Positions 25,455 to 36,875 of a DNA stretch of 64,000 nt are shown piece by piece; position 1 is the stretch's first letter; every line of letters begins with the position of its first letter. This DNA is from Lama guanicoe (Eukaryota), in NCBI GenBank assembly GCA_013239625.1, contig MU053513.1:4012303-4076302 (forward strand), given 5' to 3'. The notes under the pieces were generated by a model that had not been told where the DNA came from, did no database searches, and saw only the letters and a program-made list of their open reading frames with translations. Both the position numbers and the translations under genes were made by a program.

Positions 25455-25795
25455 ATAACAATACTAATATCTATTTCACAAACACTTATGTGTCAGACCC
25501 TGTTTTTAGTGCTTCACCTTTATCAATTAATTCAACACATTTAAGTAAGTTATTTAAGAGCACAGTCTCCAAAGTGGAAATGTGTAGATTCACACTTTAG
25601 ATCTACTCTTTACCAGCTTTGTAACCTTGCTAAGTTTCTCAATTACTCAGTTGTACAGATTCCTCATCAGTAAGTGAGGAAAATAGTAGTACCTACCTCA
25701 TAGGGCTGTTGAGAGGCTTAATGACACAATACATAAAAGTACTCAGAGTGGTGCTTAGCACGTAGCACGAGCTCAGGGATGTAAGCTGTTACTAC
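25455..25795. mobile_element. Two MIRs in opposite orientation (- about 25455-25540; + about 25550-25795)
   Basis: acacttatgtgtcagaccctgtttttagtgctt; ttcctcatcagtaagtgagg...gtacctacctcatagggctgttgagagg. Confidence 0.8.
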
Positions 25796-25907
25796 TTTCT
25801 TTGGAAGGAGGCAATGCTGTATAAAACCTAGGATGAACGTCAGCGCTTTCATTTACTTGCTCGTCAAATAGGTATACATTAGTTAATCCCAACTTCTAAG
25901 GTTGCTC

Positions 25908-27340
25908 GTTCATTTATTCACTCATTCATGCAAGAAACATTTACTTAGCACCAGCTATTTGCAAGCGCTATGCTAGATAATGAGGATATAATGGTGAACA
26001 AGATACATCAATTGCCTTTCTTTGTGGGCAATATGGACAACAGACATAAACAATAAACAAGTAAACAAATAAAGATATGTAATTTAGGGTTTGCTGGAAA
26101 AAACAAAGCCAGGTAAGAGCAAGGGAAGTGACTGGGAGGTACTAGCATAATTGGAGGATGCCCCTGTGAGGAGACAGCATTTAAACAGAGTTATGAATGA
26201 AGTGGAGGAGTAAACCACGCCAGGAGCTGGTGTGAATATAGTCTAGGCAGAGGGGCCACCAGTATAAAGGCCCTGAAGTGGGAGCAAGCTTGCAGACTTC
26301 AGGGACAGAAAGAAGGCCAGAGTGTCTGGTGAAAGACACAGGAGCTGGTAGGAGAAGACATCAGAGAGGTAAACAGACCAGATAATATAAGGACTTGTGG
26401 GATTTTTTCTAAATGTGGACGGTTCTGTGTATGGTTGCATTATTGTCTTATCTGAAGTATTAAAAACGAATTTCTTTGAGAGCAGAATGCAAGGAGGCTA
26501 GAGGAGAAACCAGAAGACTGTTAGGAGGCTTCTGCAGGAATCCAGTTGAGATATGATGGCAGCTTAGAATAGCATGTATGATGCAAATGAAGAGAAAATT
26601 GAAATTGACATATAGTTGAAGAATTAATCAGCAGAACACAATGAGAATTGGATATAGTCGGTGAGAGAAGATGGGGAATTTGGAATTTCTCTTCATTTTT
26701 CACCTGAGAAACTGGGCTTATGGTGGTGCCATTTCCCCTGATGAAGATGGGAAGAGAACAGGTTGGAATGAAGAGTCAAGAGTTTTGTTTGGACCTCTTA
26801 ATTTTGAGATGCGTACCAGACATCAGAATAGAAAGTTAAATGTCTATTTCAGGAAAAAAATTAGGATAACTTTGACTAGTGGTAGTGGTGATGGTGATAG
26901 TGAACTCATGAAAAATAGACCAACTGGAGGCAATTTTAGAAGCTGATCAACGTTGGTGATATATTCGATGCGGGTGTGAGGCATGTTGAGATGTCATAGA
27001 TAATATCAATTTCTGGTTAGTACAGCTAGATAGATGGTGGGGCTTTTAAAAGGAGAAAGACAAGGTTTGGAGGAAGATCATGAATTCCATACTGGATATT
27101 TAAATCTTCAAATGCTTGTGGAATGTCCAAGATGTGACATCAAGCAGGCAGTTGCATTGGTGGCTTTGGAGATACAAATTTGGATATCACTGGAATGTAT
27201 AAGGTAATTGAAACCATGGTCAAAAAAAGTGATCATCTAGGGACAGTATATAAAGTTATAAGAGAAAGAAGTCTAGGACTGAACCTGGAGGGATTTCAGG
27301 ATTAAAAATCAGGTAAACAAGACTTAACCTGGAAAAGAAG
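25908..27340 (-). mobile_element. L2 LINE 3' region (probably two pieces)
   Basis: tcatttattcactcattcatgcaagaaacatttact (reverse L2 3' end), ttaggaggcttctgcaggaatccag, ggtggtgccatttc. Confidence 0.85.
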
Positions 27341-28051
27341 ATGCTTGAGAGGCCCAATTCATGTGAAAAATATTTTACAATTTGTAGAGGTTCAGGTAAA
27401 TTATAGCATTTATAATTAAATTAGGCCAACACCTCTGAAATGGGGATAAGAATGTCCCCAGATATAAGATGACTGAATCAAAGGACACTGAAAACTCCAG
27501 GATAAATGATATGTTTTCCTCAACATGAATTTTACCCAAGGGTAAGCAGTTAAAGATATTACTTCCAAATGAGCACAAACAGGTATCTATTATGGAATAA
27601 AATGGGAAAATCAAGTCAATTTAAAGATTACAACATAAAACTTCTAAAAAATTTTACACTTGACATAGGATACTTCTGGTTATATGCTCAGAAATTCCTT
27701 CCCCTGCCTACCTCTTCCTCATTTCTTGTGTTCCTAGGAGTGTTTGGTGGGAGCATTTGAGAAACACTGGATGAGTTAGAGTCTTCATGTCCATAAAAAA
27801 GTCCTTCCTCACTCTCAGTCCTACGTGATAGCAAACCAGAAGTGTACTGCTGAAAAGACAGTTTTAAAAAATTTATAATTTAAAAAAGTAACTATAAAAA
27901 CATTTAAGCAATAGAAAGAAAAGTGCAGAAGAAAGTCAAAATAAAAAATTCCTACCTTTCAGAAATCACCAAAGTTAAAGTCACATAAATATTATTTCTG
28001 ACAACTCTCTTTGCAGATATACTAATAGTAAGGTAGATACTGAAAGGCAAT

Positions 28052-28189
28052 GGGGGGAGGGTATAGCTCAAGTGGTAGAGCACATGCTTACCATGCATGA
28101 GGTCCTAGGTTCAATCCCCAGTACCTCCTCTAAAATAAATAAGTAAACCTAAAAATCTCCCCCCTCCAAAAATGAAACAAAACAATAAT
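28052..28189 (+). mobile_element. Full-length tRNA-Ala-derived SINE (camelid Vic-1-like)
   Basis: A-box tagctcaagtgg, B-box ggttcaatccc, tRNA-like head 28057-28129, A-rich tail, 9-bp TSD aaaggcaat (28043-28051 / 28190-28198). Confidence 0.92.
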
Positions 28190-28213
28190 AAAGGCAATTA
28201 TTTTAGGAGATGA

Positions 28214-28577
28214 TGCTGTAGACTAAATTTTGTCTCCCTAAAATTCATATATTGAAGCCTTAGTTCCCGGTGTCTTATCTGGAGACAAGGTTTTTAGAAG
28301 GTGTTTAATGAAGCCATAAGGGTTGGGCCCTTATCTGTTAGGACTGTGGGATCTCCCACCTCTCTCTCCCTCCCTCCGCCTTGCTCTTGCTCTCTCTTCC
28401 ATGTGAGGATAAGTGGGAAGATGGCCATCTATAAGCAAAAAAGGCAGCCCTCATCAGAGAGCAACCATGCTGGAATCCTGATCTTCCCAGACTCCACAAC
28501 TGTGAAGAAGAGAATTTCTGTTGTCTCAGCCACCTGGTATATGGTATTTGCTGTGGCAGCCTGAGCTAACTGAGACA
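28214..28577 (+). mobile_element. MaLR solo LTR (MLT1A-like)
   Basis: tgctgtagactaaattttgtctccctaaaattcatatattgaagcc...gcagcctgagctaactgagaca; TSD gatga/gatgc. Confidence 0.92.
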
Positions 28578-28689
28578 GATGCAATGGTAGTATACTTAGA
28601 AAACCTTTTATTAAAAGTATAAATTTAATTTTATCTGAATTTAGGAGGAGAAAAGAAAGCTTAGTGAGACAGAAAGGAATTTTTGAGGT

Positions 28690-28975
28690 TCCTAGAGGAG
28701 AAATTACCTGTTTCTTTTTACATAGAGGTAAATTGTTTGTTCAAGCTTACACTCCCTTCACAAGGAAGCGAGAATTCACATTTCACTACATCCTTGCCAA
28801 AAATAAGCATGATATTTTTTAAATTACAATTTTTCCAAGGAAATATATTTTGTCATAATTTGTATTTCTTTATTCTTGGAGGTTTAATCATGTTTTTCAT
28901 TTAGGGGATTATTTATATTGTATCGAATATTATAAGCACTCTATTTTCTCTGTTTTTTATATTGGGATGTTACAG
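28690..28975 (-). mobile_element. Old L1 (L1ME-like) ORF2 C-terminal fragment
   Basis: ttcctagaggagaaattacctg...ttacactccc...ttcactacatccttgccaa. Confidence 0.55.
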
Positions 28976-29109
28976 ATATGTAAAGTAAAGGAATGAGGAA
29001 ATTGGAATACCTTCTTTCAGCAGCCATGATATTATTTCTGATGAGAGTCATTGGTGGATGCTAAAATTGCCCTCTACTAGAGAGAGCTGCCTTGCCCAAG
29101 GTTACCCTC

Positions 29110-30300
29110 TCCCAGCGGTCAGTCCCCATCCAAAAGCCAGGAGAGTGTGTATGGGACCGGGTTTTGAGGGTGCTGAGTCAAGAAGATAAAATATAAAATT
29201 GGAGAAAAGAGAGTTTATCAGTATGAGGACATTTTCCCAGCACACAGGATTTACTGTCCTGGCAAGAACCCTAGGAGACAGCTCTATTATGCTTCTGGAA
29301 TGGTTGTTAAAAGCTTGGAAAAAGTGGTAGCCCACACTCAATGAAGGAGATGTGCCCAGAATTGCCATGGCATGTTATGGGGGAAGTGATTAAAAGACTC
29401 AAAGAGGTGAGCAATTAAAGTGCTAGTCAACTATGTTTAGCTGGAGGATACTCTGTCAAAGCATTAAGATGAAGGTGGCATTAGGATCATGGCGAGCATC
29501 TGTGGTGGCTGTCTACAGCAATCCCCGGCTCTTCTAGAAGTAGGCTCCCTACTGACAATGAGGGTGAAAGGATTCTGAAGTAATAGAGGCAAAATGGCAG
29601 CAGGTAACTACCAAAAGCAAAATGAATAGAATGATCATAATGAGTAGCAATTTCAGAGTGACAGCCAAGGGGCCTGCCCTGCATAGAGCTGTAAAGATAG
29701 TTAATAGAATCCAGTATTCCTACAGGCGAGATAATAGGCAGCCGATAAGGGTATGCTTCATTTATTTACCGCCGCCCCAGAAATGAAAATGGTTAATCAG
29801 AGGCTGAGGCCCCTAGGCCCAGTTCGTGATTCTTGATTTGTACATGAACTAGGTAATTTTCAGAGTTGCCTAAGAGAGAGGCTCTGTCCCCATGAGGAGG
29901 GACCCTAGAACACCACGGCAAGTGTTATAGTAATGATTCCCCCTCTGCTTCTCCACAGGGACTTAGGGCCTTTTGCTTAGGTGAGCATCCATGCAGGAAA
30001 AGAGAATACTCATTTGGAAGGCTCGTTGGACATTGAAGAAAGTGCACTGTAGCCCCTGCCATTAGAGTCAGTGGGGGCCAGGTAATCATTCTAGTCTTGG
30101 TCTCGCTCACAGTGGGTCCCCTGTGTTCAGGACCAAACCCATCCAGTGGCCAGCTCCCAGGCCTTAAGTATTTAACTGAAATGTACATTCTTGGTAAGTA
30201 GCCGAACCTTCCCATGGGTCCCTTGGCCTGTACAATAAGGGATAGAAACTTTTCAAACTGCCCCCCTCCCGTTGGCCAAGTAATCCTAAATATTGTCACA
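29110..30300 (+). mobile_element. ERV-L (class III) internal remnant: gag capsid/MHR and protease, pseudogenised
   Basis: 29131-29328 translates as QKPGECVWDRVLRVLSQEDKNIKLEKREFISMRTFSQHTGFTVLARTLGDSSIMLLEWLLKAWKKW, then stop, PTLNE and frameshifted ELPW, matching ERV-L gag; 29890-30280 resembles the ERV-L protease region (RDL.PF, LLD, GGQVI, LTVGP). Confidence 0.85.
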
Positions 30301-30309
30301 ATCTGGGTT

Positions 30310-30560
30310 GGGTTTTTAGTGGTCTGAAAAAGTATAAAGTAATCTTGGGAGAAATGACATGGTTACGGTATTCTTCCTTCAGTTCCCAGAGATAAAGATG
30401 CCTTTCCAGTTTTTCAGTTTCACTTTTGTCTCAGTAAATGTGGTTTCCTACATATAAATATCACATTTCTTGAGAAAGTTATTTCTAAATGTCTTACAGG
30501 TTTAATTGCCATTGTGACTAGGAATGCTCATTACATTTTCTGAATATTGCTGGTTTCTGA
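30310..30560 (-). mobile_element. Old L1 ORF2 fragment
   Basis: aatcttgggagaaatgacat...tcacatttcttg...ttatttctaaatg...ttgccattgtga. Confidence 0.6.
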
Positions 30561-30677
30561 ACAGCTATCCAGCTGCCATCCTAATTCCTTAATCCAGGAT
30601 GGAGATTGTCACCTCCATCAGAAAGAAAAACACTCAGTTGAAGAACATGCACAAGGATGAAGCAATCACTTCAGCTA

Positions 30678-31210
30678 ATTATTTATTCAGCAAGATTTAT
30701 TGAAGGATTGAGCTCGGTGATTTGTAGGTACAGAAAGATACGGATGTGGGGTGTGCTCAAGAAGCTAATCAGTTTGTAAAAGATAAATATCCAAAACCAC
30801 AATAATAGTAACAACAATAATAATTACAACAAGAAAGGTGAGGAATTATTAGGGCAGAGGGAGGGAGAGGGAGGAAGGGAGAATGAAGGGAACTGGAGGA
30901 GAAGGAGCGCTCTTCCGATTGGTGGAATTACAGATGGTGTCAATGCACCGGCGCACACTGCCAGCCTCAGATAGGACGTTCTCTTCCCCCTGCTGTAAAG
31001 AGAAGAGGTGCAAGGATGAATTCAGGAAAAAAGAATAGCGAGAGACATTCGTAGTGGTTGTCAAAAGATGGAAACTGAAGAAATTCGCCTTAGTTACCTT
31101 CTTGTCTGTAAAGTAATATGCAAGGTTATCTGTAGGTAGTGGATATTGGGATTTAAGAAGAAAAGAAGAGGCTTGAAATTGGTGTCGGGGAGGTAGCATT
31201 GAGAGCAATA
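30678..31210 (-). mobile_element. L2 fragments
   Basis: atttattcagcaagatttattga; gaaattcgccttagttaccttcttgtctgtaaagtaatatgcaaggttatctg. Confidence 0.55.
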
Positions 31211-31227
31211 AAAGGTGAAGGAAAGCA

Positions 31228-31400
31228 GGATTTCAGTAAGTGTGATCCAATGCAGCACCCGCGTGAGAATCACCTGTGGGTGTTTGGTAAAAATGTGGAG
31301 TCCCCCGTCCCACTCTAAACTGAGTGTTCAGAAGAGGTTAGATAACTTGAATTTGTGTGTGAAACATTCAAGTAATCTGAATTTTATATTAAGAACAAGG
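31228..31400. mobile_element. MER5-like hAT element
   Basis: aagtgtgatcc...gagaatcacctgtgggtgtttggtaaaaatgtggagtccc. Confidence 0.6.
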
Positions 31401-31801
31401 AATAAGAAATAAAAGTGGTCCTTAACACTGATGGCCAACAATAAAAATATACTTATTACTGTGATAGACTCCACTTAATGATTTGTGGGAAGGTGACCAA
31501 AAGGTGGGAGGAGGGATAAGAAGATAAAGAAGTTAGGGAAAGAGGGGGAGAAGCAGAAAAAAGTGACACTAGAGAAATATTGTAGAAAACAAGTGAGATA
31601 CAAGAAGGAAGGAATTGGAAGCAAAGAGAGAAAAGAGGTAGGCAGTTACAGAGGAAGATATAAAAATATGTGAGAAGGGGCTAGATTTGAGGGTTAGTAT
31701 TAGAATAGTGTGCTTTTAAACTTCAGAATAAATTATCACATTGTTTCTGCCTTCTCTGCAATTATGATTAGCAATTTTGCTGCTCTTTCTCACAGTTAGG
31801 A

Positions 31802-32095
31802 GTTTCAGCTAGCAACACATTGGCTAAACCTGGAGTTTCTCGGGAGAGGATGTTTTTCTACAGCATTTTTTTTTTTTTTTGCCACAGGATGGCAAAATTA
31901 CACCCAGATCTGGTGCTCTTGGAGATTTCCTATTCTGACTAGCCCCCAGGGCTCAAATAACAGGGAAGACTGGAAAAATCTGACATAGGGCTGGAGACAG
32001 TTACCATGGTTAGTAACCTAACCTTTGGTCACATACAAATCATCAGGTCAGTACTTTTCCTGTTGTTGTATAATTGCTTATTACCTAGGTAAACA
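31802..32095. promoter_or_regulatory. Cluster of RFX X-box-like palindromes
   Basis: gtttcagctagcaac (31802-31816), gttaccatggttag (32000-32013; 12/14 to GTTRCCATGGYAAC), ttacctaggtaa (32081-32092). Confidence 0.4.
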
Positions 32096-32999
32096 GTCAC
32101 CAACTCTCTCTAATCTGGATGCTGGATCCCTAAATATATCATCATACATGATTTATATTCCTCTGTAGAATAAATTGAAATTAAAACTCCTCCTGAGTAC
32201 AAGCCTGGCACTCCTGTGTTAGATCTATAGCCTACTAGTGGTTGACATGCATCACTGAGAGCTTGGAGCCTAGTTGACCAATGGAATGGTGTCTTTCTTA
32301 GAAATTCCTAAATGAGGGTTTGAAGAGCAGAAGTGAAAACAATGAGGGAGAATTGTTTTTTCAGTTACTAAATTTTGATTTAATACTTTGTGTTTGTGTG
32401 ATGACCATCAGTGGAGTTGGGTGAGATTTGAGGAGGCATCTGTTGGAAGAGGAAGGGGCATTTCTTTCAGGAAGAGCCAGAAAAAGCCTGGGGCCTCGGT
32501 AGAGCTCATATCATCTCCATACTCCCTCTGCTGTCTCCATGACCAACAGGACACTCCCCTTCTGCCCCAAGCTGTCAGGTGGTCTTCGTGAGTGTTCTTC
32601 CCCACCATGTTTATTATCACTTGATTTAATGAAGATAAAGATGCTTCAGATGGGATGGGAAAGAGAAGGCATTTCTTTTTTTCCCAGAGATGACCTCCTT
32701 AGGCTGCCTCTGAGTAGTGTACTCTGTTAACAGTTTGTTTCTAAACAGAAGAAATACTAGGCTGTTGCGATAATTCTATGGAAGCCAGCAGTCTTGGACA
32801 GAGCTAGATTAATTTATTTTTTTTAAATGAGTCCTAATTGTATATTGCTACAAAGTTTCTAAGGACAATTTGAAATTGTATCAGTATCCTCAGATCACAC
32901 TCTTTGCAAAAATAAAGCTTAAAAATATATAAAACAATAGAAACATGCACATGCTTTGGCCCATCAATTCTAATCCTGAATAGCTATCCACAGGAAACG

Positions 33000-33388
33000 G
33001 GGCTACCGCTAATGACTGCTATGTGCTTGCCAATCCTGTTTCTCTTTCTTGCAGGGCATGTAGCTCATTATCTCTTAGGCTCCTTTGCAGTTAGTGGGGT
33101 CACCTGACTAAGTTCTGACTAATGAAGTATGGGGGAAAGTGTGGTACGCCACTTCAAAACCTGGGCTATAATGAATCGTTCCATATAATCCTTCATGCTC
33201 TCTCTCTCTCTTCCTCCATCTATATGGCTGAATGCTGAGGAGAATGAGGTTCTCCTCCTCACTTGGGTCTTGGACATGAAGCATGAAGCAAAGTTCCCCT
33301 GCCAACTCACAAGAGAATTCAGTTTTAGTAAGCCACTGAAAGGTTTCATTTGTTTATTACTGCGTTTAGCCTACTTTTACAAAAACAC
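33000..33388 (+). mobile_element. MaLR LTR (MLT1I/J-like)
   Basis: ctcctttgcagttagtggggtcacctgactaagttctgactaatgaa...taagccactga...tgtttattactgc. Confidence 0.8.
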
Positions 33389-33419
33389 ACACTACCAATA
33401 CTTTATAACATTGAGGAGA

Positions 33420-34565
33420 TGTGCATGAGGATTAGAAAGTAGAAATAAAATGGTTAATTTTTGCTGGTGTCATGGTCTGTATAGACTATCCAAGAGACAG
33501 GACAAAAGTGTTAGAGAACTGATGAAGTATTAGAAACAATAGCAGAGTTCAGTGATACTGCTGGAAACAAGATCAGTATTCAGGATTGTGTAACATCTGG
33601 TGTAACATCTATACTCAAGCATCAAATAATAAAATGAAATGATAAAAAAAGGTACTGTTTATGGTGCCTAATATGATATCTAATACCTAATATGATAATA
33701 AAACTTATATGGTACTTAAGCATAAATCTAATAAGAGATGTAAAAGAAAGACTTTTACAGAGGAAAATTAGAAAAGATAACCCAAATAATTAGAGAAACA
33801 ATTTATTTTAGAGAGCAATTGGTAATACCTAATAATGTTGAAGATGATCATTCCATAAGATCTAGCAATATGACTCCTGGGTTTTTCTCCTTTTGAAAAT
33901 TCTCTTATATATGCTCAAGTCTACATGGTACAAGGTACAAAAAGTTCATTTCAGCATTGTCTGTAATAGTAAAAAACAAAAACAGAAACAAATGTGCCAT
34001 CAGGAGGCACATTTTTTCTTTGAACTTTCATACAGATGTATATTAATAAAAACACTTGATTAGATAATCAACCTGCCATCCTATTAAACAGGGCCAAACT
34101 AGCAGTTACTGAGAACTTGGACTGGTCCCTCAGGCAGGAGTGGGTTAAGTACACATAAAGGAATGCTGATAATTGAATGAATTAAATCTACATGTATTAA
34201 TATGAATAAATCTTTACAAAGTGTTAATTAGAAAGTTGCAAAAGGATAAATACAGTATAATGACATATGAAAACTGTTAAATGCAATGATGGTATATAGT
34301 GTTCAAGAACACCTACTTATGTAGTAAAAGTACAAACATATGCACAAAAATAATACAAAAACAATTTTAGAGAAGGTGTGAGGATAAAAGGGAGAAGGGG
34401 TGAGGACATATCTATAATTATATTTTATGACTGTAAAAGATGGAGGTATTGAGCATGTATTAAAAAATATTAACATCTGCTTAATCTTGGTGGTGGAAAA
34501 CAGAAGTCTGTAATGTTCTCTGTACTTTCTTACATGTTTTGTATTTCATATGAAATGTTTTATAA
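33420..34565 (+). mobile_element. Old L1ME-like ORF2 and 3' UTR with a large internal deletion
   Basis: agagttcagtgatactgctggaaacaagatc; gatctagcaatatgactcctggg; gttcatttcagcattgtctgtaatagt; ttctctgtactttct. Confidence 0.7.
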
Positions 34566-36064
34566 CTTTTTATAAAGGAAAGAAAAGCAGAGGTGAGCAA
34601 GAAAGGAGAGAAAGACCAAGAAGTAAAAAAAAAAAAAAAAAAGTCTTGAACTGAAAGTCATTCATTGTTTCAACAAGCATTTATTATAGATTTGCTATGT
34701 GACTTATTTTTGTACTCGGAATTTGAACAAAATCCTATTTTTTTAAAAAAGACATGCCAGTAGTAATTATACCATTGTCATTTAATATTGGAAAGCTGTG
34801 CCTTATACCTTCAACCAGCAGAAGTCAAACCCAGTAGGGATGCTTTACTTTGTATAATACAGACCAGTCCAAGTCTTTAGTGACTGCTAGATTGCTCCTG
34901 TGTAATTGGATGGCTGCTGAATCTTTTAAGGACATGCCGCTGTTCATTCACTCAGTTTCTTCCTCATCATTCAGTGAAAACTAAACCATCTGTTGTAATG
35001 AATATAAGACTTCCTGCTCTCAATTCTATCTTCTGATTCCCCCACTAAATGCTGGTTGTCAGTTTCAATTTAGAAAAACATCATTATACTCTCCAATTCC
35101 TCGTTTAGGATTTTCCTGTGAGGATCTCAAAGCACTTCATCCGTTCAAGGGAGGCGATGCAGTTTGTCCTGGGGACTCAGGAGTGGTATTAGCCCCATTT
35201 TATAGTCTGGACAAATGGAGATTTCTGAGGGTTCCAGGGTTTTGTACTCATCACTTTCAAAGTTAGTTCCAGTCAGGAAACAAAGCATGAGCTGCTACTT
35301 TTAGACTTCAAATGTAGATACCAGCCAGCGGAAAATTTTCAGAAAAATGTTCACAGCATTCGAATCTAACCTGATGGACTGACTCTGTGTCAGCTGTAGC
35401 TGACAGGTTTTCAGCACTTTTCTGCTTGCAGGCTGTGGGTGGTCTCCAGGCTGCAGACCCTGGTGGAGCTGGCTAGTGAATTGGACGGGACCTGAGAAGG
35501 AAAGAGGTAGCTGGGGAAGAGAGGGCTGTGGATGGTGAGCTGCAGGTAACGAAGCCTTTTCCCAATGAAACTAGGCATTCGTGGAAAATGTAGACCTTAG
35601 GAGGAGAGTATGAAACAAGCAATTAATTACAGCGCTGTTACTTAGAGCTGTAATAGAAAAGGCAGAGAATTTTCATTGAGGCATAAGAAGTGGGAAATTT
35701 CACCTTAGTAACCAAAAAGCGAAGAGTTTAAATGTGAGTTAATGTTACCCTAATATACTTGTTTCCTTTCCATCCCTGCTTTCTTCTCCTCTTCCTTTCT
35801 TTCTCCTTTTTTTCAGAAGCTTCTCTAATATCCATTAAAGAGTGTCCAAGAGATGTTGTCCAGAAACAGCCCAGCAGTCCAACCTCTTCAGATCCTCAAC
35901 CATGAGATACTTTCATTGATTGTTTTCTGAGACTCCAAGTCACATAATTCATTCCACTCAACTGAGAAATTTAATTTTTCATTTCTGCTCTCTGTTAAAA
36001 CAGAAAATCAACTTCTTAGCAATCTGGGCTATACCTTGGTCTTGAGCACTGAATCCAATTCATT

Positions 36065-36245
36065 GTGTGTCTGTGTGTGTGTGTGTGTTTACTGAGGTAT
36101 AATAGACATAGAATCACATTCAGATGCACACATAATGATTCAATATTCATATACATTGCAAAATGATCACCACAATAAATCTAAGTAACATCTACTGCCA
36201 CACATAGTTAAAAATTTTTTCTTGTAATGAGAACTTTCAAGATAC
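36065..36245 (-). mobile_element. L1MA-type 3' end with (TG)n at its tail
   Basis: ttactgaggtataatagacat...atacattgcaaaatgatcaccacaataa...gtaatgagaactttcaagat. Confidence 0.85.
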
Positions 36246-36739
36246 AATGCATTTTTTAAGAAAATATAACCTTTATATCATGTTTAGATGACAGCCTAAC
36301 AAAAACTAGTAAGAATGTATTAAAGAACAAAACAATTAGCAGCTTCACTATGTAAGCACAAACTTCTGGTTTGTTAATAAAACAAACTTTTCATTCTGAA
36401 CGACCAAATACCACTCTTCTTGTTTGAAGAACATATTAATCTGGCTTGTACTCTAAATAGGGCCACTCAAAAGCAGCCTTATGAGGTTCTGGCTTGCCCT
36501 TTTTATTGACAGATTCAGATCTCAACTATATCAGGCCTATATCTTAAGTCTCTTTGTTAGGGACCAGCAATAAATTACCTGAGGTCAAGTTCTGTTTATA
36601 CAGTGGACTGTTCTGAGAGAATTACCTTCTTGACTTAATAGCTTCCTTTCGGGTGACATTATTCCGTGAAAGAAGACAAATTGTCTAAGGTCAGCCTGCA
36701 GATCAGCTCCGAGTGTAGGAGGAAATTGTAGTGGATCAG

Positions 36740-36875
36740 CCAAATTGCACTGGCTCTACCCACCAGCATCAGGCAGCACGCCGCCAGTCAGAGGCCCGCC
36801 CTGAGGGACTGCAGCCCGCAGCCTGCGGCCGGCCGCTCTCTGCAGGACAGAGTTCTCAAACCTTTCCCTTCGGGC
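36740..36875. promoter_or_regulatory. Small CpG-rich patch with GC-box
   Basis: 7 CpGs in 36779-36836, Sp/KLF-type ggcccgccct, perfect palindrome gcggccggccgc (36825-36836). Confidence 0.45.

Noticed and set aside
28057..28129. tRNA gene
   Set aside because: SINE tail, TSD, stem mismatches and a second truncated copy show it is a retroposed SINE
29925..30299. 124-aa minus-strand ORF
   Set aside because: Antisense to the degraded ERV-L protease region
33588..33700. Short direct repeats (gtgtaacatct, cctaatatgata)
   Set aside because: Slippage duplications inside a decayed L1; two copies each, no array
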